The notes beneath the pieces are model-generated. The model did not search any database. It was not told the DNA's origin and worked only from the letters and a program-made list of their open reading frames with translations. From assembly GCA_023515725.1 (NCBI GenBank), contig JALDTO010000251.1, positions 124,001 to 188,000 of the forward strand: a stretch of DNA of 64,000 bases, written 5' to 3'. Position numbers and translations under genes: made by a program. The stretch's first letter is position 1. Each line of letters begins with the position of its first letter. Origin of the DNA: Amoeboaphelidium protococcarum X5 (lineage: Eukaryota > Fungi > Aphelidiomycota). Below, piece after piece: positions 42,698 through 55,597 of the stretch.

Positions 42698-43657
42698 TCA
42701 CTATTATTATTACTATTATTAGAGCTAGATGGTGAGAGTGCGGATACATTCTTCAACCTCTTCAGCCTTCCGACCGCTCCAGATAGTGCAAAACTTGTTG
42801 AAATCAATGGGAAGATCCAGTTACAATGAACGCATCGAAATATAAACACAAGACAGTGCAAGAACTCGCGCAATCGTCCGCGTTTCAACCGTGTAATGCT
42901 GCGAGTCTGCTGGATCCTTGACGCGTTCTACACGGCCAATTGTCTCCCCTTATATATTAGGCGATTATGTAGCAGTTTAATCATGAGTGTGTCCAGGCAG
43001 TTTCGGTAAAATACATACATTCTAGTGATACGCAGCGTTTGCAATTGATAGGGCAATCTGACAGACCATTTATGACGCCACCGAATCTTGCATCATCACT
43101 TTACAAATTCGCATAATCCACACATGCGGCAACTCTACTTGCATATTAAAGCCAAGTACACGCAATAAGATAAATTCAACTTTTGTACAAGAATCCCGAA
43201 TCTTAAAGTACTAATCATTAATCTTCATGAACTACTCATCTGGGTGCATGGCCTTGTACACGCATCCAATGACATCTCGTGATTTCCGGTGCTCTTCAGT
43301 AGACTTGCAAGCCAAAATTATGCACACGGTGAGGATGAGAGACTCTGGAATATTCTTAAACCTGTTATCCTAATTCTATTGTTTTTACTCAGTAAATTAC
43401 CTATATCTATGATAATAAAATAGAGCTGTACATTCAGCGTGTATACTCAGCTTGAGCATTCTACATGATGGAGACATAAGTCGCAGCAAGTCGGTGCCAT
43501 TAGCAGATTCTCCCGCATTTAGCGTGGATTGTATCGCAGAATTGTCACTTGGAGCAATAATAGGTGTATTCACGGCGGAACTACTGTCAATCATCATACC
43601 ATCTTGTACATCTACAGAACTGTCTACGCGCTACGGTGCCGATGGACTTTCCCTCAT
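42698..43657 (-). CDS. Transcriptional-type cyclin (cyclin Q/L/K-like)
   Basis: TALFYYHRY, CIILACKSTEEHRKSRDVI, EFILLRVLGFNMQVELPH cyclin-box motifs; poly-Q then TGA. Confidence 0.78.
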
Positions 43658-43785
43658 CTTTCGCTATTTGTAGTTACACTACAGCCTGGATCAAAGAAAT
43701 ACAAAATTCTGATGATTGAGAGAAAATGTTCAAGAATCAAAAGAGAAACAATGCGTTCCAACAAACATCAATATTGTACAATTTG

Positions 43786-44913
43786 TCATACATCATCATT
43801 CTAAGTTATGTATAAATACGGATACAAGACAATTAAATCAGTTATATCGCTATCGGACAACATATTTCTTCGATACCAGCCATTGTCAGAAAATACTAAT
43901 CCAGTCTTTATTGTCAATGATTTAAACTGCAGTCCCGATGAAAGAGTGGACATCAATTCCAGAAAATTTAGTAATCCTTGACGCGTCATTACACCATAAT
44001 TAGAATCCAAGTAGAGGTACTGCAATATTTGCTTACCTGAATCTTACGAGAGTTTCTGTGCAATTTACAGTAGATGATCTTGATTAAATTTACCACATTT
44101 TGCTATAGATAGAGATGTGATTGAGCATCGATCATATATTCTAAGAAGTGACTTGAATGACACCTATTTGGCATAAGATACGCAAAACTTTTAAAGACGC
44201 GGACTGTGATGAGCAAGGAGGAGGAGTCCATCATCAGTTAGATGATACACTTTGTTGAGAGATAACTCGGTCAAGTCTTAGAGGTGAGAGTGGCAATTCT
44301 ACAACCAGGCATCAGTGAGTAGAGAGCAACCATTTAGATGCAGCTATCTTATGCATCTGGTCTAGAGGAGAATAGCAGTGAGCGCCTCATCAGTCAGCTG
44401 TTGACAATCAGATAGATTCAGTGCCATTAGATTCTGAAACAGCCGAGAATCGAGTTTTAAAATTGTTTCGTTTCGCACGAGAATCGTACGGCTACTTAAC
44501 TGGGATAGATCTAATTGCCTCACTAGGCATAGATGAGAGTTGACAATCATCCTGTCACCGTCCAACAATTTATTGAAAGAAGACACTTTTCTGGGTTTTA
44601 CGCGATGAAACAGCATTACCGTGGCTAGAGGTAGCAACTGTTTACTGGCCAGCCTCATTTACCGATGATCAGCCTGACTCAGATACATCATTATTCGTAG
44701 CACCAGCTCAACAGGTATTGGAATCGGTTCAGTCTTTATGGGAGTACATTTTTCATGTGTTATCAAGAATTTCTTTTTATCCATCAAACGCAGGGGTTCC
44801 AGATACTCGATGAGTGATACTCTTTTAGCTGAACTCTTTTGCTTTTTATGATCATTAGTGGTTATCCCATCAAGAGCTTCCATCAGTGACTATTCTGGCA
44901 TTTTCTGCAACAT
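43786..44913 (-). CDS. F-box / leucine-rich repeat protein
   Basis: F-box IPVELVLRIMMYLS; Cys-containing LRRs (LNLSDCQQLTD, LHLNGCSLLTD, LSLNKVYHLTD, IYCKLH). Confidence 0.8.
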
Positions 44914-45417
44914 CTTTTGATAACGATTGTCAAGCTCAATATTTCATTGCAAGATTAAAAGATATCAAGGGAGGTTGCAACGATAAAAATAACCATAATG
45001 CTGATCACATGACTACGCAATTTATTTGTATCCATCGGCAGAGCATCATGATCTAATCAAACCAATCGACAAACAATACCAAAGTACTCTAAATAAGTGA
45101 TATATTCATAGTATCAGAGCAGTATCTCAACTCATTCAAAAATCAACTATACTTGGTTATACACGGCCATCAAGATTAAGCTCAATCACCTGCAAACTTT
45201 AATGTTCATTCAAAATTAGACCATTCAAGCTGAAACAATTAGAAAGAGAGAGAGGATCACAGTATAAACGCGCGTCACATCAGCAGCCTGCATTGCGACC
45301 AGACTGAGAGAGTGTGAGAGAGCGATGATGTGTCGACTTGATGATCAACCGAAACGAAAAACGCGCGCACTTTCTCAATCTGCCTGATCAGTTACCTTTT
45401 TTCTTTTCTTTCGCAAC

Positions 45418-45831
45418 GTCAAGGTTGAGATTGGGACAAACTAGTAAACATACAAGCCTTAACTGTGCTTTGTGCCTTCACTTCATTTAGCGTGTACTTG
45501 TGGCTCCCGTACTAGAAGATGTTACTCTTCGGCGGCTTCGGGGTGTAAGCACCTGAGCTACATGTACATTCTAGATGACGTGTTGTTTCCTAAACCACGC
45601 TAGTAGGAAAGTCCGCGGTTGCCTATAGTGTTAGACTTGAGTCGTTCCATTAATTGGGACCACTGGCATTAAAAGAGACACGGTGGGTGAATCATTATGG
45701 CAAGCGAGTACTATAATTGTATGATGCCGATTCTCTACATCATGAGATATGCCCAGGCTAATCATTTTGAGTGCAATGTTCCAGCGGGTGGCAACACCTG
45801 TTACAGAATGCGGATTATACTCGACCTTGAC
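45418..45831 (+). ncRNA. RPR1: Nuclear RNase P RNA
   Basis: P1 GTCAAGGTTGAG(45418)/CTCGACCTTGAC(45820); P2 TGGGACA/TGTTCCA; CR-I GGAAAGTCCGC (45606); CR-II-like AGAGACA; CR-IV TTGAGTGCAAT (~45767, as in yeast RPR1); P19 GCGGGTG-GCAA-CACCTGT; CR-V ACAGAATGCGGATT (45803); T-runs downstream. Confidence 0.85.
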
Positions 45832-45835
45832 TCCC

Positions 45836-45860
45836 TTTTATCAATTCTCTTTTATTTTTT
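45836..45860 (+). terminator. Oligo-dT tracts, putative RNA polymerase III terminator of the RNase P RNA
   Basis: TTTT...TTTTATTTTTT immediately after the P1 3' strand. Confidence 0.5.
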
Positions 45861-45966
45861 CCACTTTCACTTTCTTTATCATTAACTCTAATATTAACCT
45901 TCGTGTTAAACACGCTTCAACAGGGGCGTTGATTGTCTTGTTCGCCTCCACTCAACAGTTATAAGG

Positions 45967-47004
45967 ATGGCTACCGGTTGCGCAGAGGTTAAAGTATCTG
46001 GGAATCAAGTGTCGTCTCTGGCTGCACATTATCCTCTCAAATTACACAAACTTTAATCGTCAATTAATAAAGAGTCTGTGTATTTGTACCTCATAACTTA
46101 TGGTGGTGGGTTACTCAGTGGAGACTATGCGCGCATTAATGTTGAAGTGAAGAATGATGGATGCGTGTCCTTGTACTCTCAAGCATCAACCAAGATTTAC
46201 AAGCAGTAGAAACTTTAGATACCATAACCCGCCTCTTTTTTGACCAAGACTTCTTGCAGTGAATGTTCGCAGTACTCTAGCAGGCACAGTGATAAAACAA
46301 CGCGTCAAGACTTTTGTATCAAGGTGTAATCTGGCAGTGAATTTTACCATCTTCCTGAGCCTATCACCCCATTTGCTGATTCAAGATTTTCGTAATGCTC
46401 TCATATAATCGTGGATCGGACTTAATCATAATAAGCGTAAGACGGTAGTTAAAATAATGATGGTATTAGCACTTTAAAGGGAGATTTACCAGACATATTA
46501 TGGCTAGACTGGATGTCTTCAGGACGATCTGCGCGTGGAGAACGTTGGCTCTTTGAATCGTTTAGGAGTGAAACGAAGTTATCCATTGCAACAACGGATA
46601 TAAAAGATTTACACAACGGAGAATGCCTTGTATACCGCGACTGCTACTAGATTCAGAGGCATAGCAGGTTTTTTATGAAAGATCAGCTAAACGTTATGGG
46701 GACCATCCTTTTAGTCGCTGGTCCGAAAGTATCTCGTCTTATTGAGTCAATCAAAGATCACATTGATTCGCATCAAATTGGAACTCATCTGCCTAAATAG
46801 AATCATCTCATGGCGTATTCTCCTATCATTTATAAACCATTCTCATCCACATAGTTTCGAGTGGGTGAAGAATGCGTGGTAGGAATAGTGGTCAAGTTTG
46901 CATTTACTGAAGTTCACTTGGCGCGATAATGGATCCTAAATGTAGTGCTGAAAGATTATGAAACTGTCACAGGGCGGCGTAATCTATTCGCTAGGTAGTT
47001 ATGA
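45967..47004 (+). CDS. ureD: Urease accessory protein UreD
   Basis: YPLKL, YLITYGGGLLSGD, SQASTKIYK, LPEPITPFADSRF, DWMSSGRSARGERW. Confidence 0.9.
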
Positions 47005-47064
47005 AAAAACTGTAGATAGAACTAAAACTTATGTATGCATGAATATTTTTCTTAATATACAAGT

Positions 47065-48084
47065 TCAATAATACTAGTATTATCCAGCGTATTATTGTTA
47101 CTGTTAGTAGCCCTGTTGAGGGTATTGCTAAACTCGCGCCTAGTTCCCATATCCATTTGCATATTGTTAGGAGTATCCACCAGCCTGCTGATTATAACCA
47201 TACCCGTCTCTATATTCACCACCATGACGCCTTTAATAGTTATGTGATGGTCGCCGGCCATATTGTTAATGTTGTTGATTTTGTTGCTACCTCTCCCTTT
47301 CAAGTCTCTCATATCTCTACCGTCGCTCAGCATCATATTTACCTCTCAGACTGTCATAAGATTCTCGCAATTTCATAAATCCCAAATGCTACTTGCCTTA
47401 ATTATGCGCTTATATCCGCTCTGGCGCGTCATTCTATACCAGTAAAGCTCCACAGACTTCGCAAACATCCATTTTCTTATCTTTGGCTTCTTCAGCTCTG
47501 AGGGCGTGCAATACAAGCATCAACTCTTCAGCTTCATTATCAGCTACTTTCGCTTCTTCCACCAGGCCTTGGTCACCAAGCTATTCAACTTTATTCTACA
47601 ATTACTAAATCTAGAACTCGGCAATAATTATTCGCTCGTGCCTCTCCTCTCGTGCCATCATCAATTATCTATTAGCATCTTCATCGCCCACAGCATTCAG
47701 CCTCTCCTGTCCACGCTTGAGCTTTCGCTCCATATCTCTCAAGATGTCTCGGACATAGTAAAAGAATGAAGTCTCATACTCTTTCTAGAAAGCCATAATC
47801 TAACTGGCGTACAGCGATCTTCCATCCGGACCCTCAGTCTTAAAGTCGCGATTCTTCTTGGCTTACTCCACGTACTATTAGAACTCTTTCCGTAATCTTT
47901 CATCGTGAACCTTGGTACAGTATCCCAGATCACTCTTTGTATTAATAAACATGTCGTGCGGACAGAACGCTACCAGGTAATGCTTGCATATGGCCTCTTC
48001 ACTGAAATGACGCTTTCGAATCACAGGATCATCCCTGTCCACTCCCATAAGAGTATCCAGCAGTTTACGCGCGTACTCTGTCAT
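47065..48084 (-). CDS. LUC7: U1 snRNP-associated Luc7
   Basis: ARKLLDTLMG.DR, CKHYLVAFCPHDMFINTKSDLGYC.K.H, second finger MDVCEVCGALL...H..GKQHLGF; Q/G/Y-rich tail. Confidence 0.92.
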
Positions 48085-48341
48085 ATTTATTTAACTGATG
48101 CTTGCTATTATAAAAATTTTACAAGATTACAAAAAGACCAAGATTTTAAACAAAGTCCTTTAGAGGTGAGAGGGCGAAAGTCGTGGCTTCTCACAACACT
48201 CAGTCGCTCTTCCAACCCTTTAAATTCCAATTCAAGAATTAACGTGATACAATTGTTTCGATAAAATAGCAAAATCACTTCTATTAAATTCATTACTAAT
48301 ATACTAGAGAATAAATGGGCAGTCAGTAGCAATATTATCAA

Positions 48342-50267
48342 TCATTCGTAGTTTGAGAGAACTCTGAATAATCCCTCTAAAGTAAATGGTTTCGTGATGT
48401 AATCGTCCATTCCACTGTCCATGTACTTGGCAGCATCATCAATCAACGCGTAAGCACTAACACCAACAATATAGCTACGATTACCCGTGCCTTCTTTGAA
48501 CTCGACAGTTCTTACTTAACGCGTCACTTCATCGCCATTCATGTCAGGCAATTAAATGTCCATAAAGATTAAATTATAATTTCCATGCTGCGACATTTTC
48601 AAAGCAGACTCTCCGTCAGCTGCAACATCTGGCACCACGTTCAGTTTTCTCAACATCTTCAGCAAAACTTGCTAATTGATCTTATTATCTTCCACAACAA
48701 GAACTTTCTTATCTTTCAATTTCAATCTCAACTATTCCACAGGGACAGACTTCAATGTAGTCATAAACACTGCAACTTCATCAGATGGGACAAACTGGGC
48801 ACGAAAAGATACAGCTGCAGAGGTGCCCCTGCCTGGAGTAGAATCTATCACCAATTGTCCACCCATCGCTTAAGCAAGTCTACTGACAATAGGCAATCCA
48901 ATACCGCTGCCTTCTTTCAAATGTCGCGAACTTTCACATCTATAAAATGGCGTATACAACAGAGGAATTTCACTCTTGTCGATTCCGATGCCAGTGTCGA
49001 CAATGGTCACGGCTACCTTAACTTCGGACGAGTCCTTACTCTATTGCTCTTAACGAGCCTGGACATGGACTTCAATACCACCTTCATCGGTGAACTTCAC
49101 AGCATTCGACATGAGATTTACCATCATCTGTCTGACGCGAGCAATGTCAGCCTTGATCCACAAATTTTTGCTAATGTCCATATGACCGGGAGGAATGTCT
49201 TTGACGACAGAGACATCAAGCTCCTTCTCTTGAATTTTCAGGCGAAATATCTGAATTACATCTTGCACAGTTTTAAAGAGATCAAACACAGATTCCTACA
49301 ATAGAACATTTCCATAAAGTTCCTTCTCCGAGTCAATTTTAACCATTTAGAGAACATCGTCTACTAGCACCAGTAGATCTTGACCACAGCGAATGATATT
49401 GTTGAGGAGATGTTTCTGTTCAGCATCCAATTCAGAATCATAAAGAAGAGATGACATTCCAATAATACCATTCAACGGAGTCCTTATTTCATGACTCAGT
49501 GAAGCAAATAGATTATTACGCGCTCTGGTAGCATATTGTTCCTATTTAATGGCATGCTGCATCGCTTCAGTTGCTTAGTCCAACCGCCGGCGCATCATGA
49601 CTGCGTCTGTAATGTCAGTCAATACGCCAACGTACAAAGTATCATCTGTGTTTGTCAAAGCCTTCTACCCAAGACTGACTTCGAACCACCTACTATTACT
49701 GTTGTGACAAACTGCAAACTTGAGACACCAAGAGCTTGGATATTACGACCTGAGCTACCATTCCTTTTAAATCAGTTAGAGATCTACATTAAAGAAGGTG
49801 ATCCAACCATAACCACAAAGTTCTGACAGAGGTGTTTATAATGAATTAATGAGCGCGTCATTGCCAGCCAATAGCTCAAGATTGTCATTGAAAACAAACA
49901 TCGGTTGAGGAGAACAGTTGATCTGCATATACAGCTAAAGAGGACGTTCCACCTCAGCGATACTATAACAAAATTAATTCATGTCTTCTACATTAGCACT
50001 ATACATCAACTAAAGGATCAACTAACGACGTCCATCAAGTGACAAAAGCTTAACGCATTATGCACATTCAGAGTCCAAACATTTCAAAGCTAGGACACGC
50101 AAACTGTTCAAAGCATCATCATTTCTGGTTGCATAATCTTGCAGCAAATAGTGAAAAGGCTTCAGATGAAGTATATCGCCAGGTCGATACAGACACAACA
50201 CATCGTCCTTAAGTACAGCGAGTCCCATACAATATCTTCCTTGAATTAAATCGCGTAGAGACATCAT
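48342..50267 (-). CDS. Cytosolic hybrid sensor histidine kinase (PAS-like, HisKA, HATPase, receiver)
   Basis: H-box SLSHEIRTPLNGIIG, N-box NLMSNAVKFT, G1 DTGIGI, G2 GSGIGL, receiver VVEDNKINQ...FMDIQLPDMNG...KP. Confidence 0.9.
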
Positions 50268-50586
50268 GTTATCACTAATTTACTTATTTCGAAGCTGTGC
50301 ACTTGCAGCAACCGAGTGATTATCATCACATCATCATAAAGCACGCGCCAAATGTTCTCACTGTCATCATTGCCCAGTCATCGCTTCACAGCTGGCCGCG
50401 TCTTATACGTCTCTGAGTACAGTACTCTCAACCTACCTGACCCACTTCTGTCATCCGCCCATTAAACTTAAGCGCTTGTGGATCGAATCGTTGTTACAAA
50501 TCGATACAATCGCCGTAAAGTTACATCATAGGTATTTCTTCTTATCATTTCAACGCTTAGTCTATTTAAAACGCAACTACTTGGAT

Positions 50587-52147
50587 ATGATTAAACCAAA
50601 GCTTATATTTATGGGACTTTCTCGGTAAGACTTAGTAATTGTTAGTTTATTTTAAACTTTTTATACTTGAATGAATGAATGACTGACTGACTGTGTGTAG
50701 AAGTGGAAAGAGCTCAATTCAGAAAGTTGTGTTCCATAAAATGTCACCTAATGAGACACTATTTCTGGAATCGACTGCCACACTCACGCGTTCTATATAG
50801 TAAGCGTCACCAGTGCACTTGGATATTCAGAATTTCGGTGGTATTAGTGGCGGTGCTGTGGATAGTATAATGTCTTGGTCTTGCTTTAAAGATTTTGAAT
50901 TGTGGGACTTTCCAGCGTCTATAGAGGCATTTGAATCTGTGCTTGAAGATAGAAGTCTTCAGATCTTCCATGGGCCGTTCATTTCCCTGGTGTTTGTTAT
51001 TGATGCTCAAGATGATTATTTGGAAGCACTGGCTAGACTATTTATGATAATTACGAGTGTTAATTAGTTAAATAGCAGAGTATCTTTTGAGATATTTATT
51101 CATAAGGTGGATGCGCTATCGGAAGACCATAAACTGGAGACACAGCGAGATATTTAGTAGCGATTAGTGGATGAATTGACGGATACTGGTCTGGATTAGT
51201 TTATTCAGCTCAATTTCTATCTCACCAGTATCTATGATCACTCAGTGTACGAGGCTATGAGTAAGGTGGCATAAAAATTACTGCCCGAGTTTCCTGCTCT
51301 TGAGAATCTGCTCAATGTCCTATGTGCCAATTCTGGTATTGAGAAGGCTTTCGTCTTTGACATAGTGTCCAAGTTGTATATTGCGACAGATAGTTCACCT
51401 GTAGATATGCAGACTTTTGAGATATGTTCTGATATGATTGACGTGGTCTTTGATGTATCCTTTATCTACGGAAGTAAGTAATAGTCTTTGCCTGCACTAC
51501 AGTAAAGCATTTAAGGAACCAATAATTCAGTGTTGGATCCAGTTGGTAGTAAAGCGTCTTCTGAAATCAAACAAGATTTTGCCGGTAATACTGAGAATCA
51601 GTAATAAAGTAAATCCAGGGATGGTTCTATTTCCGACTAGAACAATAAAGACTTGCTAATACATAATACTCTTTAATCTGGGCAGTCTGCAACAAGCCAA
51701 CAACTGGATAAAAGTTTTGATAACACTGAACAAGTTTCCTCCCTGCATGTACATGGTAATGGTGCTGATATTCCATTCCCTAGAGACGCGTCATGTCAGG
51801 CCACTATGCAACTGGCTGGAATGACTTTGCATTTGCGATAACTCACTCAATCTCTAGTCTTGGTGGCTCTGATTAAGCACAATATGCTAGGTAGTTCCGC
51901 ATCTGCATCTGCTGCTGTTGGTCACACAATGATGTCTCCGCCTAGTGCATTTCCGTAGAGGAATAGTGGCACTTTCACAAAGTAACAACTTTAATTGCAG
52001 TAGTAATAGTAATAGCTGTAAAGTTCTAATCCATTGGCCAAATAGACACGATTGCTATAGAATGGAGTTAAGCGTGGCATGACCGAAGTTAATTTCCTAC
52101 GCTTCAAAGACGCCGTATAGAAGATATATAGTGAGTCTTATCCATGA
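50587..52147 (+). CDS. GTR2: Rag GTPase RagC/D (Gtr2); intron 50625-50700
   Basis: [11 protein letters not shown]|[66 protein letters not shown]. Confidence 0.93.
50668..50693 (+). repeat. (TGAA)3(TGAC)3 tetranucleotide array inside the GTR2 intron
   Basis: tgaatgaatgaatgactgactgactg, just upstream of the 3' splice site. Confidence 0.85.
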
Positions 52148-52333
52148 ACTATGCGTGATTATCATAGTGATTGTAGAGTAGTTGGCATTCAATTTCTTTA
52201 ACTTGTTGTTCTAAGTGATTAAATTACACTTTATAGTTATAGGTAGCAATAGTCCTTTGAAAATTTAAAATACCATATTTATTCTACATTCAAATTCATA
52301 ATATATTGCAATAGCCAACAAACTATCATTATA

Positions 52334-52886
52334 TCATTTATCATTGTTGTTCTCACGCACAATAATCACGGGGAAATCACTATTGTGTAGAATGTAGTCA
52401 CTGACACTGCCCAGTAAGGATCTTTTAATCAGACCAAGTCCACGGCTACCCATCACAGTCGCCGCCGGCTTGAACTTGTCAATGTACTCCAGAATGACTT
52501 GTCGAGGATCTCCTTTGACAATCACAGCCTCACACTTCATCTTGTCCGCAATCAGTCGATTAGTGTACTGAGATACCAACTACTTGGCAGACTCTTGCAC
52601 CTTCTACTCATACTCGTGGATAGCTTCTTATGACCATTCTACACAGTGTTATTAGTATAAAAATAAGTAAAGACATATACTAAAATACTGGTCATATTGA
52701 CAACAACTTACCCTTCTTCTGCTGCATATCACTGGTTGGAATAGGCAGGTCCAGACTCTTGTAATCGCGCGTGGCATGCAAGAGCCAAATGTGATCATCT
52801 GGTCGCAAAAAGTTCTCTGCACTCCATCTGAATGCGTAATTAGCAGAGCTACTTCCATCAATACAAATTAAAATATTTCTAGGCAT
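52334..52886 (-). CDS. Universal stress protein (UspA family); intron 52639-52711
   Basis: MPRNILICIDGSSSANYAFRW; GDPRQVI; VMGSRGLGLIKRSLLGSVSDYILHNSDFPVIIVR. Confidence 0.92.
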
Positions 52887-53098
52887 GTTTATTTTACTAG
52901 CTATACCACTTAAGTTTAACAAGTATAGGAAGAATAAAATTGTAACAATGACAAAGAGAAAGAGGGAGAAAAGCAAAGCGGCGCGCTGAGTCATAAAACT
53001 TTTATTTCACACTTTGACAACTAATCACACGGCATAGTACACACACACATTTTTTATGTCCATCAATACATACAAATCATCATCAATTGTACATTCTC

Positions 53099-55597
53099 TC
53101 AACCGGAACACATCATGCAGTCATCCTTGTTGTTGATAGAGCACGTCAGAGCGGCCAAGTTCTTGGCAACTTCATCACTCTCACCAGAGATACTGGACTC
53201 ATATTCATCATTCTCCTCCTTCAGCGCATTCTAATCCACAGTAAATTTAATAGCATCAACTGCTGGACGACTTCTCAAGTAATACATACCAGTCTTCAAT
53301 CCCTTCTTCCAACCGTAAAAGTGCATGCTCGTCAACTTGCCAAAATTAGGCTCAGCAATGTGGATGTTCAACGACTGAGACTGGTCAATGAAAGCACCAC
53401 GGTCAGCAGCCATATCAATGATGATCTTTTAGGAAATCTCCCAGGTGGTCTTGTACAGTTCCTTGATATCATCAGGAAGACCACGAATACGCTGAATACT
53501 GCCACTATCAGCAATGATTCTGTTCTTCATCGAATCATTCCATAGTCCCATGTCAGTCAGATCCTTGAGCAGATGAGGATTGACAATCTAAAACTCGCCA
53601 GAGAGGACACGGCGCACATAGATATTGGAAGTGTACGGCTCGAAGCACTCATTATTTCCCAGAATCTAAGAGGTGGAAGCAGTTGGCATCGGTGCAACCA
53701 AAAGACTATTACGCACACCATGCTTAGCAATCTTAGCCTTCAACTCTGCCCAGTTCCAGCGGTCAGAAGGAGTGACATTCCACATGTCATATTGCAGAAT
53801 GCCTTAACTAGCAGGCGATCCAGCATAAGTCTCATAAGGACCATCTCTCTCAGCCAGTTCACAACTAGCCTCCAATGCTGAATAGTAGATGGTCTCAAAA
53901 ATGTCACGATTCAGTTGACGAGCTTCAGGAGAATCGAATGGGAAGCGCATCAAGATAAAAGCATCAGCAAGACCTTGAACGCCCAATCCTATAGGACGAT
54001 GTCTCATGTTTGAGCGTCTTGCAGCTTCAACAGGGTAGTAATTGATGTCGATGATCTTGTTCAAATTCTTAGTAACGACTTTGGTCACTTGACGAAGCTT
54101 CTCAAAGTTAAAGCTCTTCTTCTCAACAAAGTTTGGCAGAGATAGAGAGGCCAAATTGCAGACAGCAACCTCATCTGGAGCACTGTATTCAACAATCTCA
54201 GTGCACAAATTACTGCACTTGATGGTGCCCAAATTCTTCTAGTTACTCTTCTCATTACAAGCATCCTTGTACAGCATGTACGGAGTACCAGTCTCAACTT
54301 GCGACTCCATAATTGCATACCACAGCTTCTGTGCCTTGACAGTCTTACGAGCAATCCCCTGCTTTTCGTACTACATGTAAAGCTGTTCAAACTTTTCACC
54401 ATAGCAATCAGCCAGGCCACGAGCTTCGTTCGGGCAGAAAAGACTCCAGTCTTCATTGTTTTCAACTCTCTTCATGAACAGGTCTGGAATCCAGAGAGCA
54501 TAAAACAAATCACGAGCACGATTCTCTTCCTTTCCAGTATTCTTCTTCAGGTCCAAAAAGTCAAACACATCTGCATGCCAAGGCTCAAGGTACATTGCAA
54601 AAGCACCAGGACGCTTGTTTCCACCTTGATCAACGTATCGAGCAGTGTTGTTGTAGACGCGCAGCATTGGGACCAGTCCGTTGGAGTATCCATTAGTTCC
54701 ACCAATGTACGAGCCGGCAGCTCTGATACAGTGAACATTAAGACCGATACCACCAGCACTCTTACTGATCATAGCGCACGTCTTAAGGGTGTCATATATT
54801 CCCTCTATGGAATCATCAGACATTGTGAGCAAGAAGCAACTAGACAATTGAGGACGAGGAGTACCAGCGTTAAATAGAGTAGGACTTGCATGGGTAAAGA
54901 ACTTTTCGCTCATCAGATTGTATGTCTCGATAGCAGACTCGATATCTCTACCATGAATACCAATTGAGACTCTCATCAACATGTGCTAAGGACGCTCGGC
55001 AACCTTTCCATTAATGCGGAGCAAGTAACTTCTTTCAAGGGTCTTGAAACCAAAAAAGTTGTAGTTGAAGTCACGGTCATAAATGATGGCAGAGTTCAGA
55101 CGTTCTGCATTCTCCATGATGATAGCGTACGTTTCTTCACTAATCATCGGAGCTGGCTTCCCATTCTTTGGATTGATATAAGTGAACAGATCCTCAACAA
55201 CTTGAGAGAACATCTTCTTGGTTTCCTTGTGCAAATTAGACACAGCGATGCGCGCAGCAAGGATAGCATAATCAGGATGTTTTACGGTCAAACACGCAGC
55301 AGTTTCAGCAGCCAGATTGTCCAGTTCGACAGTAGTGACACCGCTATAAACACCATTAATAACCTACAAAACATCATAAGATACTTGAAGTAAAACGTAT
55401 ACCACATACCTTCTAAGTAACTTCAACAGGCTCAACAAAGTTTGTGTTCAAACCATAACACAATTTGCTGATGCGAGAGGTAATTTTATCAAAGAGCACA
55501 TTTTCAGTGCGCCCATCTACACGGGAATTTTCAATGATATTGGCAATGACAATGATGAGAGATGGATTAAATTCTTACCTCTTTTTAGGACATACAT
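53099..55597 (-). CDS. RNR1: Ribonucleotide reductase large subunit (class Ia); introns 55517-55578 and 55364-55409
   Basis: MYVLKR|[19 protein letters not shown] cone, [46 protein letters not shown]-term CMMCSG. Confidence 0.97.

Noticed and set aside
45697-45964. Short ORFs 45697-45885 and 45749-45964
   Set aside because: They overlap the RNase P RNA and its T-rich terminator, which explain the sequence better.
48585-49304. Long antisense ORFs in the track (e.g. 48585-49304, 54299-54877, 39465-40046, 53087-53545)
   Set aside because: They are shadows on the opposite strand of well-supported genes, with no recognisable motifs.
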